From Eledone cirrhosa (taxonomy: Eukaryota), in the NCBI GenBank assembly GCA_964016885.1, contig CAXHJY010000871.1:1-64000 (forward strand): 64,000 nucleotides of DNA. The letters run 5' to 3'. Below the pieces are notes generated by a model. It was given only the letters and a program-made list of their open reading frames with translations, was not told the DNA's origin and made no database searches. Positions within the stretch are counted from its first letter, which is position 1; each line of letters starts with the position of its first letter. The position numbers and the translations under genes were made by a program. This document shows positions 1 to 12,874 of the stretch, in pieces.

Positions 1-939
1 AAAAAAATCAGGGGGAGATAATTTGTAAAAAAAAATCAGGGGGAGATAATTTGTACAAAAAAATCAGGGAGAGATAATTTGTAACAAAAATCAAGGGGAG
101 ATAATTTCCAGCCGTCCAAGGAGAGATAATTTTCAGCCGTCCAAGGAGAGGTAATTTCTAGCCGTCCAAGGAGAGATAATTTCCAGCCGTCCAAGGGGAG
201 ATAATTTCCAGCCGTCCAAGGGGAGATAATTTCCAGCCGTCCAACGAGACATATTTTCCAGCCGTCCAAGGAGAGGTAATTTCTAGCCGTCCAAGGAGAG
301 ATAATTTCCAGCCGTCCAAGGGGAGGTAAATTCCAGCCTCCAAGGGGAGATAATTTCCAGCCAGCCAAGGGGAGATAATTTGTAAAAAAATCTGGGGGAG
401 ATAATTTTTAAAAAAAATCAGGGGGAGATAATTTGTAAAAAAAATCAGGGAAAGATAATTTGTAAAAAATAATCAGGGGGAGATAATTTGTAAAAAAAAT
501 CAAGGGGAGATAATTTGTAAAAAAAAATCAGGGGGAGATAATTTGTAAAAAATAATCAGGGGGAGATAATTTGTAAAAAAATCAAGGGGAGATAATTTCC
601 AGCCGTCCAAGGGGAGATAATTTTCAGCCGTCCAAGGGGAGATAATTTCCCGCCAGCCAAGGGAAGATAATATTTAAAAAAATTAGGCGGAGATAATTTG
701 TAAAAAAAATCAGGGGGAGATAATTTGTAAAAAAATCAGGGGGAGATAATTTGTAAAAAAATCAGGGGTAGATAATTTGTAAAAAAAATCAAGGGGAGAT
801 AATTTCCAGCCGTCCAAGGGAAGATAATTTCCAGCCCTCCAAGGGGCTATAATTTCCAGCGTCCAAGGGGAGATAATTTCCAGCCAGCGAAGGGGAGATA
901 ATTTTTTTAAAAAAATCATTAGGACATTTGTAAAAAAAA

Positions 940-3900
940 TCAGGGGGAGATAATTTGTAAAAAAAATCAAGGGGAGATAATTTCCAGCCCTCCAAGGGGA
1001 GATAATTTTCAGCCGTCCAAGGGGAGATAATTTCCCGCCAGCCAAGGGAAAATAATATTTAAAAAAATTAGGCGGAGATAATTTGTAAAAAAAATCAGGG
1101 GGAGATAATTTGTAAAAAAATCAGGTGGAGATAATTTGTAAAAAAAATCAGGGGGAGATAATTTGTAAAAAAAATCAAGGGGAGATAATTTCCAGCCGTC
1201 CAAGGAGAGATAATTTTCAGCCGTCCAAGGAGAGGTAATTTCTAGCCGTCCAAGGGGAGATAATTTCCAGCCGTCCAAGGGGAGATAATTTCCAGCCGTC
1301 CAACGAGACATATTTTCCAGCCGTCCAAGGAGAGGTAATTTCTAGCCGTCCAAGGAGAGATAATTTCCAGCCGTCCAAGGGGAGATAAATTCCAGCCTCC
1401 AAGGGGAGATAATTTCCAGCCAGCCAAGGGGAGATAATTTGTAAAAAAATCAGGGGGAGATAATTTGTAAAAAAAATCAGGGGGAGATAATTTGTAAAAA
1501 AAATCAGGGAAAGATAATTTGTAAAAAATAATCAGGGGGAGATAATTTGTAAAAAAAATCAAGGGGAGATAATTTCCAGCCGTCCAAGGGGAGATAATTT
1601 TCAGCCGTCCAAGGGGAGATAATTTCCCGCCAGCCAAGGGAAGATAATATTTAAAAAAATTAGGCGGAGATAATTTGTAAAAAAAATCAGGGGGAGATAA
1701 TTTGTAAAAAAATCAGGTGGAGATAATTTGTAAAAAAAATCAGGGGGAGATAATTTGTAAAAAAAATCAAGGGGAGATAATTTCCAGCCGTCCAAGGGGA
1801 GGTAATATCTAGCCGTCCAAGGGGAGATAATTTCCAGCCGTCCAAGGGGAGATAATTTCCACCCGTCCAAGGGTAGATAATATCCAGCCGTCCAAGGAGA
1901 AATATTTTCCAGCCGTCCAAGGAGAGGTAATTTCTAGCCGTCCAAGGGGAGATAATTTTTAAAAAAAAATCAGGCGGAGATAATTTGTAAAAAAAATCAA
2001 GGGGAGATAATTTGCAGCCGTCCAAGGGGAGATAATTTTCAGTTGTCCAAGGAGAGGTAATTTCTAGCCGTCCAAGGGGAGATAATTTCCAGCCGTCCAA
2101 GGGGAGATAATTTCCAGCCGTCCAAGGGGAGATAATTTGTAAAAAAAATCAGGGGGAGATAATTTGTAAAAAAAAATCGGGGGGGATAATTTGTAAAAAA
2201 AAATCAGGGGGAGATAATTTGTAAAAAAAATCAAGCAGAGATAATTTCCAGCCGTCCAAGGGAAGATAATTTCCAGCCCTCCAAGGGGCTATAATTTCCA
2301 GTGTCCAAGGGGAGATAATTTCCAGCCAGCGAAGGGGAGATAATTTTTTTTAAAAAATCAGGGGGAGATTTGTAAAAAAAATCAGGGGGAGATAATTTGT
2401 AAAAAAAATCAAAGGGAGATAATTTCCAGCCGTCCAAAGAGAGATAATTTCTAGCCGTCCAAGGGGAGATAATTTCGAGCCAAGGGGAGATAATTTCCAG
2501 CCGTCCAAGGGGAGATAATTTTTTAAAAAATCAGGTGGAGAAAATTTGTAAAAAAAATCAGGGGGAGATAATTTGTAAAAACAAAATCAAGGGCAGATAA
2601 TTTCCAGCTGTCCAAGGGGAGATAATTTCCAGCCGTCCAAGGGGAGATAATTTCCAGCCGTCCAAGGGGAGATAATTTCCATCCTTCCAAGGGGATATAA
2701 TTTCCAGCCGTCCAAGGGGAGATAATTTCCCGCCAGCCAAGGGAAGATAATTTTTAAAAAAATCAGGCGGAGATTGTAATAAATATCAGGGGGGAGATAA
2801 TTTGTAAAAAAATCAGGGGGAGATAATTTGTAAAAAAAAATCAGGGGGAGATAATTTGTAAAAAAAAATCAGGGGGAGATAATTTGTAAAAAAAAATCAG
2901 GAGGAGATAATTTGTAAAAAAAATTAGGCGTAGATAATTTGTAAAAAAAAATCAGGGGGAGATAATTTGTAAGAAAAAATCAGGGGGAGATAATTTGTTA
3001 AAAAAATCAAGCGGAGATAATTTGCAGCCGTCCAAGGGGAGATAATTTTCAGCCGTCCAAGGAGAGGTAATTTCTAGCCGTCCAAGAGGAGATAATTTCC
3101 AGCCGTCCAAGGGGAGATAATTTCCAGCCGTCCAAGGGGAGATAATTTTAAAAAAAAAATCAGGCGGAGATAATTTGTAAAAAAAAATCAGGGGGAGATA
3201 ATTCGTAAAAAAAAATCAGGGGGAGATAATTTGTAAAAAAAAATCAGGGGGAGATAATTTGTAAAAAAAAATCAAGGGGAGATACTTTCCAGCCGTCCAA
3301 GGGGAGGTAATATCTAGCCGTCCAAGGGGAGATAATTTCCAGCCGTCCAAGGGGAGATAATTTCCAGCCGTCCAAGGGGAGATAATTTCCAGCCGTCCAA
3401 GGAGACATATTATCCAGCCGTCCAAGGCGAGGTAATTTCTAGCCGTCCAAGGGGAGATAAATTCCAGCCTCCAAGGGGAGATAATTTCCAGCCAGCCAAG
3501 GGGAGATAATTTGTAAAAAATATCAGGGGGAGATAATTTGTAAAAAAAATCAGGGGGAGATAATTTGTAAAAAAAAATCAGGGGGAGATAATTTGTAAAA
3601 AAATCAGGGGGAGATAATTTGTAAAAAAATCAGGGGTAGATAATTTGTAAAAAAAATCAAGGGGAGATAATTTCCAGCCGTCCAAGGGAAGATAATTTCC
3701 AGCCCTCCAAGGGGCTATAATTTCCAGCGTCCAAGGGGAGATAATTTCCAGCCAGCGAAGGAGAGATAATTTTTTTTTAAAAATCATTAGGACATTTGTA
3801 AAAAAAATCAGGGGGAGATAATTTGTAAAAAAAATCAAGGGGAGATAATTTCCAGCCGTCCAAGGGGAGGTAATATCTAGCCGTCCAAGGGGAGATAATT

Positions 3901-6740
3901 TCCAGCCGTCCAAGGGGAGATAATTTCCAGCCGTCCAAGGACATATTTTCCAGCCGTCCAAGGAGAGGTAATTTCTAGCCGTCCAAGGGGAGATAAATTC
4001 CAGCCTCCAAGGGGAGATAGTTTCCAGCCAGCCAAGGGGAGATAATTTGTAAAAAAAATCAGGGGGAGATAATTTGTAAAAAAAAATCAGGGGGAGATAA
4101 TTTGTAAAAAAAATCAAGGGGAGATAATTTCCAGCCCTCCAAGGGGAGATAATTTTCAGCCGTCCAAGGGGAGATAATTTCCCGCCAGCCAAGGGAAGAT
4201 AATATTTAAAAAAATTAGGCGGAGATAATTTGTAAAAAAAATCAGGGGGAGATAATTTGTAAAAAAATCAGGTGGAGATAATTTGTAAAAAAAATCAGGG
4301 GGAGATAATTTGTAAAAAAAATCAAGGGGAGATAATTTCCAGCCGTCCAAGGAGAGATAATTTTCAGCCGTCCAAGGAGAGGTAATTTCTAGCCGTCCAA
4401 GGGGAGATAATTTCCAGCCGTCCAAGGGGAGATAATTTCCAGCCGTCCAACGAGACATATTTTCCAGCCGTCCAAGGAGAGGTAATTTCTAGCCGTCCAA
4501 GGAGAGATAATTTCCAGCCGTCCAAGGGGAGATAAATTCCAGCCTCCAAGGGGAGATAATTTCCAGCCAGCCAAGGGGAGATAATTTGTAAAAAAATCAG
4601 GGGGAGATAATTTGTAAAAAAAATCAGGGGGAGATAATTTGTAAAAAAAATCAGGGGGAGATAATTTGTAAAAAAAAATCAGGGAAAGATAATTTGTAAA
4701 AAATAATCAGGCGGAGATAATTTGTAAAAAAAATCAAGGGGAGATAATTTCCAGCCGTCCAAGGGGAGATAATTTTCAGCCGTCCAAGGGGAGATAATTT
4801 CCCGCCAGCCAAGGGAAGATAATATTTAAAAAAATTAGGCGGAGATAATTTGTAAAAAAAATCAGGGGGAGATAATTTGTAAAAAAATCAGGTGGAGATA
4901 ATTTGTAAAAAAAATCAGGGGGAGATAATTTGTAAAAAAAATCAAGGGGAGATAATTTCCAGCCGTCCAAGGGGAGGTAATATCTAGCCGTCCAAGGGGA
5001 GATAATTTCCAGCCGTTCAAGGGGAGATAATTTCCACCCGTCCAAGGGTAGATAATATCCAGCCGTCCAAGGAGAAATATTTTCCAGCCGTCCAAGGAGA
5101 GGTAATTTCTAGCCGTCCAAGGGGAGATAATTTTTTAAAAAAAATCAGGCGGAGATAATTTGTAAAAAAAATCAAGGGGAGATAATTTGCAGCCGTCCAA
5201 GGGGAGATAATTTTCAGTTGTCCAAGGAGAGGTAATTTCTAGCCGTCCAAGGGGAGATAATTTCCAGCCGTCCAAGGGGAGATAATTTCCAGCCGTCCAA
5301 GGGGAGATAATTTGTAAAAAAAATCAGGGGGAGATAATTTGTAAAAAAAAATCGGGGGGGATAATTTGTAAAAAAAAATCAGGGGGAGATAATTTGTAAA
5401 AAAAATCAAGCAGAGATAATTTCCAGCCGTCCAAGGGAAGATAATTTCCAGCCCTCCAAGGGGCTATAATTTCCAGTGTCCAAGGGGAGATAATTTCCAG
5501 CCAGCGAAGGGGAGATAATTTTTTTTAAAAAATCAGGGGGAGATTTGTAAAAAAAATCAGGGGGAGATAATTTGTAAAAAAAATCAAAGGGAGATAATTT
5601 CCAGCCGTCCAAAGAGAGATAATTTCTAGCCGTCCAAGGGGAGATAATTTCGAGCCAAGGGGAGATAATTTCCAGCCGTCCAAGGGAGATAATTTTTTAA
5701 AAAATCAGGTGGAGAAAATTTGTAAAAACAAAATCAAGGGCAGATAATTTCCAGCTGTCCAAGGGGAGATAATTTCCAGCCGTCCAAGGGGAGATAATTT
5801 CCAGCCGTCCAAGGGGAGATAATTTCCATCCTTCCAAGGGGATATAATTTCCAGCCGTCCAAGGGGAGATAATTTCCCGCCAGCCAAGGGAAGATAATTT
5901 TTAAAAAAATCAGGCGGAGATTGTAATAAATATCAGGGGGGAGATAATTTGTAAAAAAATCAGGGGGAGATAATTTGTAAAAAAAAATCAGGGGGAGATA
6001 ATTTGTAAAAAAAAATCAGGGGGAGATAATTTGTAAAAAAAAATCAGGAGGAGATAATTTGTAAAAAAAATTAGGCGTAGATAATTTGTAAAAAAAAATC
6101 AGGGGGAGATAATTTGTAAGAAAAAATCAGGGGGAGATAATTTGTTAAAAAAATCAAGGGGAGATAATTTGCAGCCGTCCAAGGGGAGATAATTTTCAGC
6201 CGTCCAAGGAGAGGTAATTTCTAGCCGTCCAAGGGGAGATAATTTCCAGCCGTCCAAGGGGAGATAATTTCCAGCCGTCCAAGGGGAGATAATTTAAAAA
6301 AAAAAATCAGGCGGAGATAATTTGTAAAAAAAAATCAGGGGGAGATAATTCGTAAAAAAAAATCAGGGGGAGATAATTTGTAAAAAAAAATCAGGGGGAG
6401 ATAATTTGTAAAAAAAAATCAAGGGGAGATAATTTCCAGCCGTCCAAGGGGAGGTAATATCTAGCCGTCCAAGGGGAGATGATTTCCAGCCGTCCAAGGG
6501 GAGATAATTTCCAGCCGTCCAAGGGGAGATAATTTCCAGCCGTCCAAGGAGACATATTATCCAGCCGTCCAAGGCGAGGTAATTTCTAGCCGTCCAAGGG
6601 GAGATAAATTCCAGCCTCCAAGGGGAGATAATTTCCAGCCAGCCAAGGGGAGATAATTTGTAAAAAATATCAGGGGGAGATAATTTGTAAAAAAAATCAG
6701 GGGGAGATAATTTGTAAAAAAAAATCAGGGGGAGATAATT
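940..6740. repeat. ~3.15-kb tandem higher-order duplication (~940-4090 and ~4090-6740, second copy partial)
   Basis: ORF-track offsets: 1009->4156 (3147), 1601->4776 (3175), 2231->5406 (3175), 3216->6363 (3147). The offset changes equal gain or loss of single 28-bp B monomers. Confidence 0.85.
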
Positions 6741-9700
6741 TGTAAAAAAAATCAAGGGGAGATAATTTCCAGCCGTCCAAGGGGAGATAATTTTCAGCCG
6801 TCCAAGGAGAGGTAATTTCTAGCCGTCCGAGGAGAGATAATTTCCAGCCGTCCAAGGGGAGATAATTTCCAGCCGTCCAAGGGGAGATAATTTCCAGCCG
6901 TCCAAGGAGACATATTTTCCAGCCGTCCAAGGAGAGGTAATTTCTAGCCGTACAAGGGGAGATAAATTCCAGCCTCCAAGGGGAGATAATTTCCAGCCAG
7001 CCAAGGGGAGATAATTTGTAAAAAAATCAGGGGGAGATAATTTGTAAAAAAAATCAGGGGGAGATAATTTGTAAAAAAAATCAGGGGGAGATAATTTGTA
7101 AAAAAATAATCAGGGGAGATAATTTGTAAAAAAAATCAAGGGTAGATAATTTCCAGCCGTCCAAGGGGAGATAATTTTCAGCCGTCCAATGAGAGGTAAT
7201 TTCTAGCCGTCCAAGGGGAGATAATTTCCAGCCGTCCAAGGGGAGATAATTTCCAGCCGTCCAAGGGGAGATAATTTGTAAAAAAAATCAGAGGGACATA
7301 ATTTGTAAAAAAAATCGGGGGGGATAATTTGTAAAAAAAAATCAGGGGGAGATAATTTGTAAAAAAAATCAAGCAGAGATAATTTCCAGCCGTCCAAGGG
7401 AAGATAATTTCCAGCCCTCCAAGGGGCTATAATTTCCAGTGTCCAAGGGGAGATAATTTCCAGCCAGCGAAGGGGAGATAATTTTTTTTTAAAAATCAGG
7501 GGGAGATTTGTAAAAAAAATCAGGGGGAGATAATTTCCAGCCGTCCAAAGAGAGATAATTTCTAGCCGTCCAAGGGGAGATAATTTTTTTAAAAATCAGG
7601 TGGATATAATTTGTAAAAAAAATCAGGGGGAGATAATTTGTAAAAACAAAATCAAGGGCAGATAATTTCCAGCTGTCCAAGGGGAGATAATTTCCAGCCG
7701 TCCAAGGGGAGATAATTTCCAGCCGTCCAAGGGGAGATAATTTCCATCCTTCCAAGAGGATATAATTTCCAGCCGTCCAAGGGGAGATAATTTCCCGCCA
7801 GCCAAGGGAAGATAATTTTTAAAAAAATCAGGCGGAGATTGTAATAAAAATCAGGGGGAGATAATTTGTAAAAAAAAATCAGGGGGAGATAATTTGTAAA
7901 AAAAAATCAGGGGGAGATAATTTGTAAAAAAAAATCAGGGGGAGATAATTTGTAAGAAAAAATCAGGGGGAGATAATTTGTAAAAAAAAATCAGGGGGAG
8001 ATAATTTGTAAAAAAAATTAGGCGTAGATAATTTGTAAAAAAAAATCAGGGGGAGATAATTTGTAAGAAAAAATCAGGGGGAGATAATTTGTTAAAAAAA
8101 TCAAGGGGAGATAATTTGCAGCCGTCCAAGGGGAGATAATTTTCAGCCGTCCAAGGAGAGGTAATTTCTAGCCGTCCAAGGGGAGATAATTTCCAGCCGT
8201 CCAAGGGGAGATAATTTCCAACCGTCCAAGGGGAGATAATTTAAAAAAAAAAATCAGGCGGAGATAATTTGTAAAAAAAAATCAGGGGGAGATAATTCGT
8301 AAAAAAAAATCAGGGGGAGATTTGTAAAAAAAAATCAGGGGGAGATAATTTGTAAAAAAAAATCAAGGGGAGATAATTTCCAGCCGTCCAAGGGGAGGTA
8401 ATATCTAGCCGTCCAAGGGGAGATAATTTCCAGCCGTCCAAGGGGAGATAATTTCCAGCCGTCCAAGGGGAGATAATTTCCAGCCGTCCAAGGAGACATA
8501 TTATCCAGCCGTCCAAGGCGAGGTAATTTCTAGCCGTCCAAGGGGAGATAAATTCCAGCCTCCAAGGGGAAATAATTTCCAGCCAGCCAAGGGGAGATAA
8601 TTTGTAAAAAAATCAGGGGGAGATAATTTGTAAAAAATATCAGGGGGAGATAATTTGTAAATAAAAATCAGGGGGAGATAATTTGTAAAAAAAAATCAGG
8701 GGGAGATAATTTGTAAAAAAAATCAAGGGGAGATAATTTCCAGCCGTCCAAGGGGAGATAATTTTCAGCCGTCCAAGGAGAGGTAATTTCTAGCCGTCCG
8801 AGGAGAGATAATTTCCAGCCGTCCAAGGGGAGATAATTTCCAGCCGTCCAAGGGGAGATAATTTCCAGCCGTCCAAGGAGACATATTTTCCAGCCGTCCA
8901 AGGAGAGGTAATTTCTAGCCGTACAAGGGGAGATAAATTCCAGCCTCCAAGGGGAGATAATTTCCAGCCAGCCAAGGGGAGATAATTTGTAAAAAAATCA
9001 GGGGGAGATAATTTGTAAAAAAAATCAGGGGGAGATAACTTGTAAAAAAAAATCAGGGGGAGATAATTTGTAAAAAATAATCAGGGGGAGATAATTTTTT
9101 AAAAAAATCAAGGGGAGATAATTTCCAGCCGTCCAAGGGGAGATAATTTTCAGCCGTCCAAGGGGAGATAATTTCCCGCCAGCCAAGGAAAGATAATATT
9201 TAAAAAAATTAGGCGGAGATAATTTGTAAAAAAAATCAGGGGGAGATAATTTGTAAAAAAAAATCAGGGGTAGATAATTTGTAAAAAAAAATCAGGGGGA
9301 GATAATTTGTAAAAAAAAATCAGGGGGAGATATTTTGTAAAAAAATCAAGGGGAGATAATTTCCAGCCGTCCAATGAGAGATAATTTAAAAAAAAATCAG
9401 CGGCAGATAATTTGTAAAAAAAATCAAAGGGAGATAATTTCCAGCCGTCCAAATAGAGATAATTTCTAGCCGTCCAAGGGGAGATAATTTCCAGCCAAGG
9501 AGAGATAATTTATTGCCGTCCAAGGGGAGATAATTTTTTAAAAAATCAGGTGGAGATAATTTGTAAAAAAAATCAGGGGGAGATAATTTGTAAAAACAAA
9601 ATCAAGGGCAGATAATTTCCAGCTGTCCAAGGGGAGATAATTTCCAGCCGACCAAGGGGAGATAATTTCCAGCCGTCCAAGGGGAGATAATTTCCATCCT

Positions 9701-11940
9701 TCCAAGGGGATAGAATTTCCAGCCGTCCAAGGGGAGATAATTTCCCGCCAGCCAAGGGAAGATAATTTTTAAAAAAATCAGGCGGAGATTGTAAAAAAAA
9801 ATCAGGGGGGAGATAATTTGTAAAAAAAAAATCAGGGGGCGATAATTTGTAAAAAAAAATCAGGGGGAGATAATTTGTAAAAAAAAATCAGGGGGAGATA
9901 ATTTGTAAAAAAAATTAGGCGTAGATAATTTGTAAAAAAAAATCAGGGGGTGATAATTTGTAAAAAAAATCAGGGGGAGATAATTTGTTAAAAAAATCAA
10001 GGGGAGATAATTTGCAGCCGTCCAAGGGGAGATAATTTTCAGCCGTCCAAGGAGAGGTAATTTCTAGCCGTCCAAGGGGAGATAATTTCCAGCCGTCCAA
10101 GAGGAGATAATTTCCAGCCGTCCAAGGGGAGATCATTTTTTAAAAAAAATCAGGCGGAGATAGTTTGTAAAAAAAAATCAGGGGGAGATAATTCGTAAAA
10201 AAAATTCAGGGGGAGATAATTTGTAAAAAAAATTAGGGGGAGATAATTTGTAAAAAAATCAAGGGGAGATAATTTCCAGCCGTCCAAGGGGAGGTAATAT
10301 CTAGCCGTCCAAGGGGAGATAATTTCCAGCCGTCCAAGGGGAGATAATTTCCAGCCGTCCAAGGGGAGATAATTTCCAGCCGTCCAAGGAGACATATTTT
10401 CTAGCCGTCCAAGGAGAGGTAATTTCTAGCCGTCCAAGGGGAGATAAATTCCAGCCTCCAAGGGGAGATAATTTCCAGCCAGCCAAGGGGAGATAATTTG
10501 TAAAAAAATCAGGGGGAGATAATTTGTAAAAAATATCAGGGGGAGATAATTTGTAAAAAAAAATCAGGGGGAGATAATTTGTAAAAAAAAATCAGGGGGA
10601 GATAATTTGTATAAAAAAATCAGGGGGAGATAATTTGTAACAAAAATCAAGGGGAGATAATTTCCAGCCGTCCAAGGAGAGATAATTTTCAGCCGTCCAA
10701 GGAGAGGTAATTTCTAGCCGTCCAAGGAGAGATAATTTCCAGCCGTCCAAGGGGAGATAATTTCCAGCCGTCCAAGGGGAGATAATTTCCAGCCGTCCAA
10801 CGAAACATATTTTCCAGCCGTCCAAGGAGAGGTAATTTCTAGCCGTCCAAGGAGAGATAATTTCCAGCCGTCCAAGGGGAGATAAATTCCAGCCTCCAAG
10901 GGGAGATAATTTCCAGCCAGCCAAGGGGAGATAATTTGTAAAAAAATCAGGGGGAGATAATTTGTAAAAAAAAATCAGGGGGAGATAATTTGTAAAAAAA
11001 AATCAGGGGGAGATAATTTGTAAAAAAAAATCAGGAGGAGATAATTTGTAAAAAAAATTAGGCGTAGATAATTTGTAAAAAAAAATCAGGGGGAGATAAT
11101 TTGTAAGAAAAAATCAGGGGGAGATAATTTGTTCAAAAAATCAAGGGGAGATAATTTGCAGCCGTCCAAGGGGAGATAATTTTCAGCCGTCCAAGGAGAG
11201 GTAATTTCTAGCCGTCCAAGGGGAGATAATTTCCAGCCGTCCAAGGGGAGATAATTTCCAGCCGTCCAAGGGGAGATAATTTTAAAAAAAAAATCAGGCG
11301 GAGATAATTTGTAAAAAAAAATCAGGGGGAGATAATTCGTAAAAAAAAATCAGGGGGAGATGATTTGTAAAAAAAAATCAGGGGGAGATAATTTGTAAAA
11401 AAAAATCAAGGGGAGATAATTTCCAGCCGTCCAAGGGGAGGTAATATCTAGCCGTCCAAGGGGAGATAATTTCCAGCCGTCCAAGGGGAGATAATTTCCA
11501 GCCGTCCAAGGGGAGATAATTTCCAGCCGTCCAAGGAGACATATTATCCAGCCGTCCAAGGCGAGGTAATTTCTAGCCGTCCAAGGGGAGATAAATTCCA
11601 GCCTCCAAGGGGAGATAATTTCCAGCCAGCCAAGGGGAGATAATTTGTAAAAAATATCAGGGGGAGATAATTTGTAAAAAAAATCAGGGGGAGATAATTT
11701 GTAAAAAAAAATCAGGGGGAGATAATTTGTAAAAAAAATCAAGGGGAGATAATTTCCAGCCGTCCAAGGGGAGATAATTTTCAGCCGTCCAAGGAGAGGT
11801 AATTTCTAGCCGTCCGAGGAGAGATAATTTCCAGCCGTCCAAGGGGAGATAATTTCCAGCCGTCCAAGGGGAGATAATTTCCAGCCGTCCAAGGAGACAT
11901 ATTTTCCAGCCGTCCAAGGAGAGGTAATTTCTAGCCGTAC

Positions 11941-12038
11941 AAGGGGAGATAAATTCCAGCCTCCAAGGGGAGATAATTTCCAGCCAGCCAAGGGGAGATA
12001 AATTCCAGCCTCCAAGGGGAGATAATTTCCAGCCAGCC
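11941..12038. repeat. 49-bp local tandem duplication of the A-run terminal monomer pair
   Basis: AAGGGGAGATAAATTCCAGCCTCC-AAGGGGAGATAATTTCCAGCCAGCC occurs twice (11941-11989, 11990-12038) but once in the sister copy near 6954-7002. Confidence 0.9.
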
Positions 12039-12610
12039 AAGGGGAGATAATTTGTAAAAAAATCAGGGGGAGATAATTTGTAAAAAAAATCAGGGGGAGA
12101 TAATTTGTAAAAAAAATCAGGGGGAGATAATTTGTAAAAAAATAATCAGGGGAGATAATTTGTAAAAAAAATCAAGGGTAGATAATTTCCAGCCGTCCAA
12201 GGGGAGATAATTTTCAGCCGTCCAATGAGAGGTAATTTCTAGCCGTCCAAGGGGAGATAATTTCCAGCCGTCCAAGGGGAGATAATTTCCAGCCGTCCAA
12301 GGGGAGATAATTTGTAAAAAAAATCAGAGGGACATAATTTGTAAAAAAAATCGGGGGGGGATAATTTGTAAAAAAAAATCAGGGGGAGATAATTTGTAAA
12401 AAAAATCAAGCAGAGATAATTTCCAGCCGTCCAAGGGAAGATAATTTCCAGCCCTCCAAGGGGCTATAATTTCCAGTGTCCAAGGGGAGATAATTTCCAG
12501 CCAGCGAAGGGGAGATAATTTTTTTTAAAAAATCAGGGGGAGATTTGTAAAAAAAATCAGGGGGAGATAATTTCCAGCCGTCCAAAGAGAGATAATTTCT
12601 AGCCGTCCAA

Positions 12611-12874
12611 GGGGAGATAATTTTTTTAAAAATCAGGTGGATATAATTTGTAAAAAAAATCAGGGGGAGATAATTTGTAAAAACAAAATCAAGGGCAGAT
12701 AATTTCCAGCTGTCCAAGGGGAGATAATTTCCAGCCGTCCAAGGGGAGATAATTTTTTTAAAAATCAGGTGGAGATAATTTGTAAAAAAAATCAGGGGGA
12801 GATAATTTGTAAAAACAAAATCAAGGGCAGATAATTTCCAGCTGTCCAAGGGGAGATAATTTCCAGCCGTCCAA
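12611..12874. repeat. 132-bp local tandem duplication (5 monomers)
   Basis: The block CAGGTGG...AAAAACAAAATCAAGGGCAG...GCTGTCC is repeated at 12611-12742 and 12743-12874. It is single in the sister copy near 7574-7705. Confidence 0.9.

Noticed and set aside
890-925. Short palindromes such as ATTTTTTTAAAAAAAT at A-to-B boundaries as hairpins or transposon ends
   Set aside because: They arise from a G-to-T change and slippage in TTTGTAAA. There are no paired terminal inverted repeats, target-site duplications or internal unique sequence.
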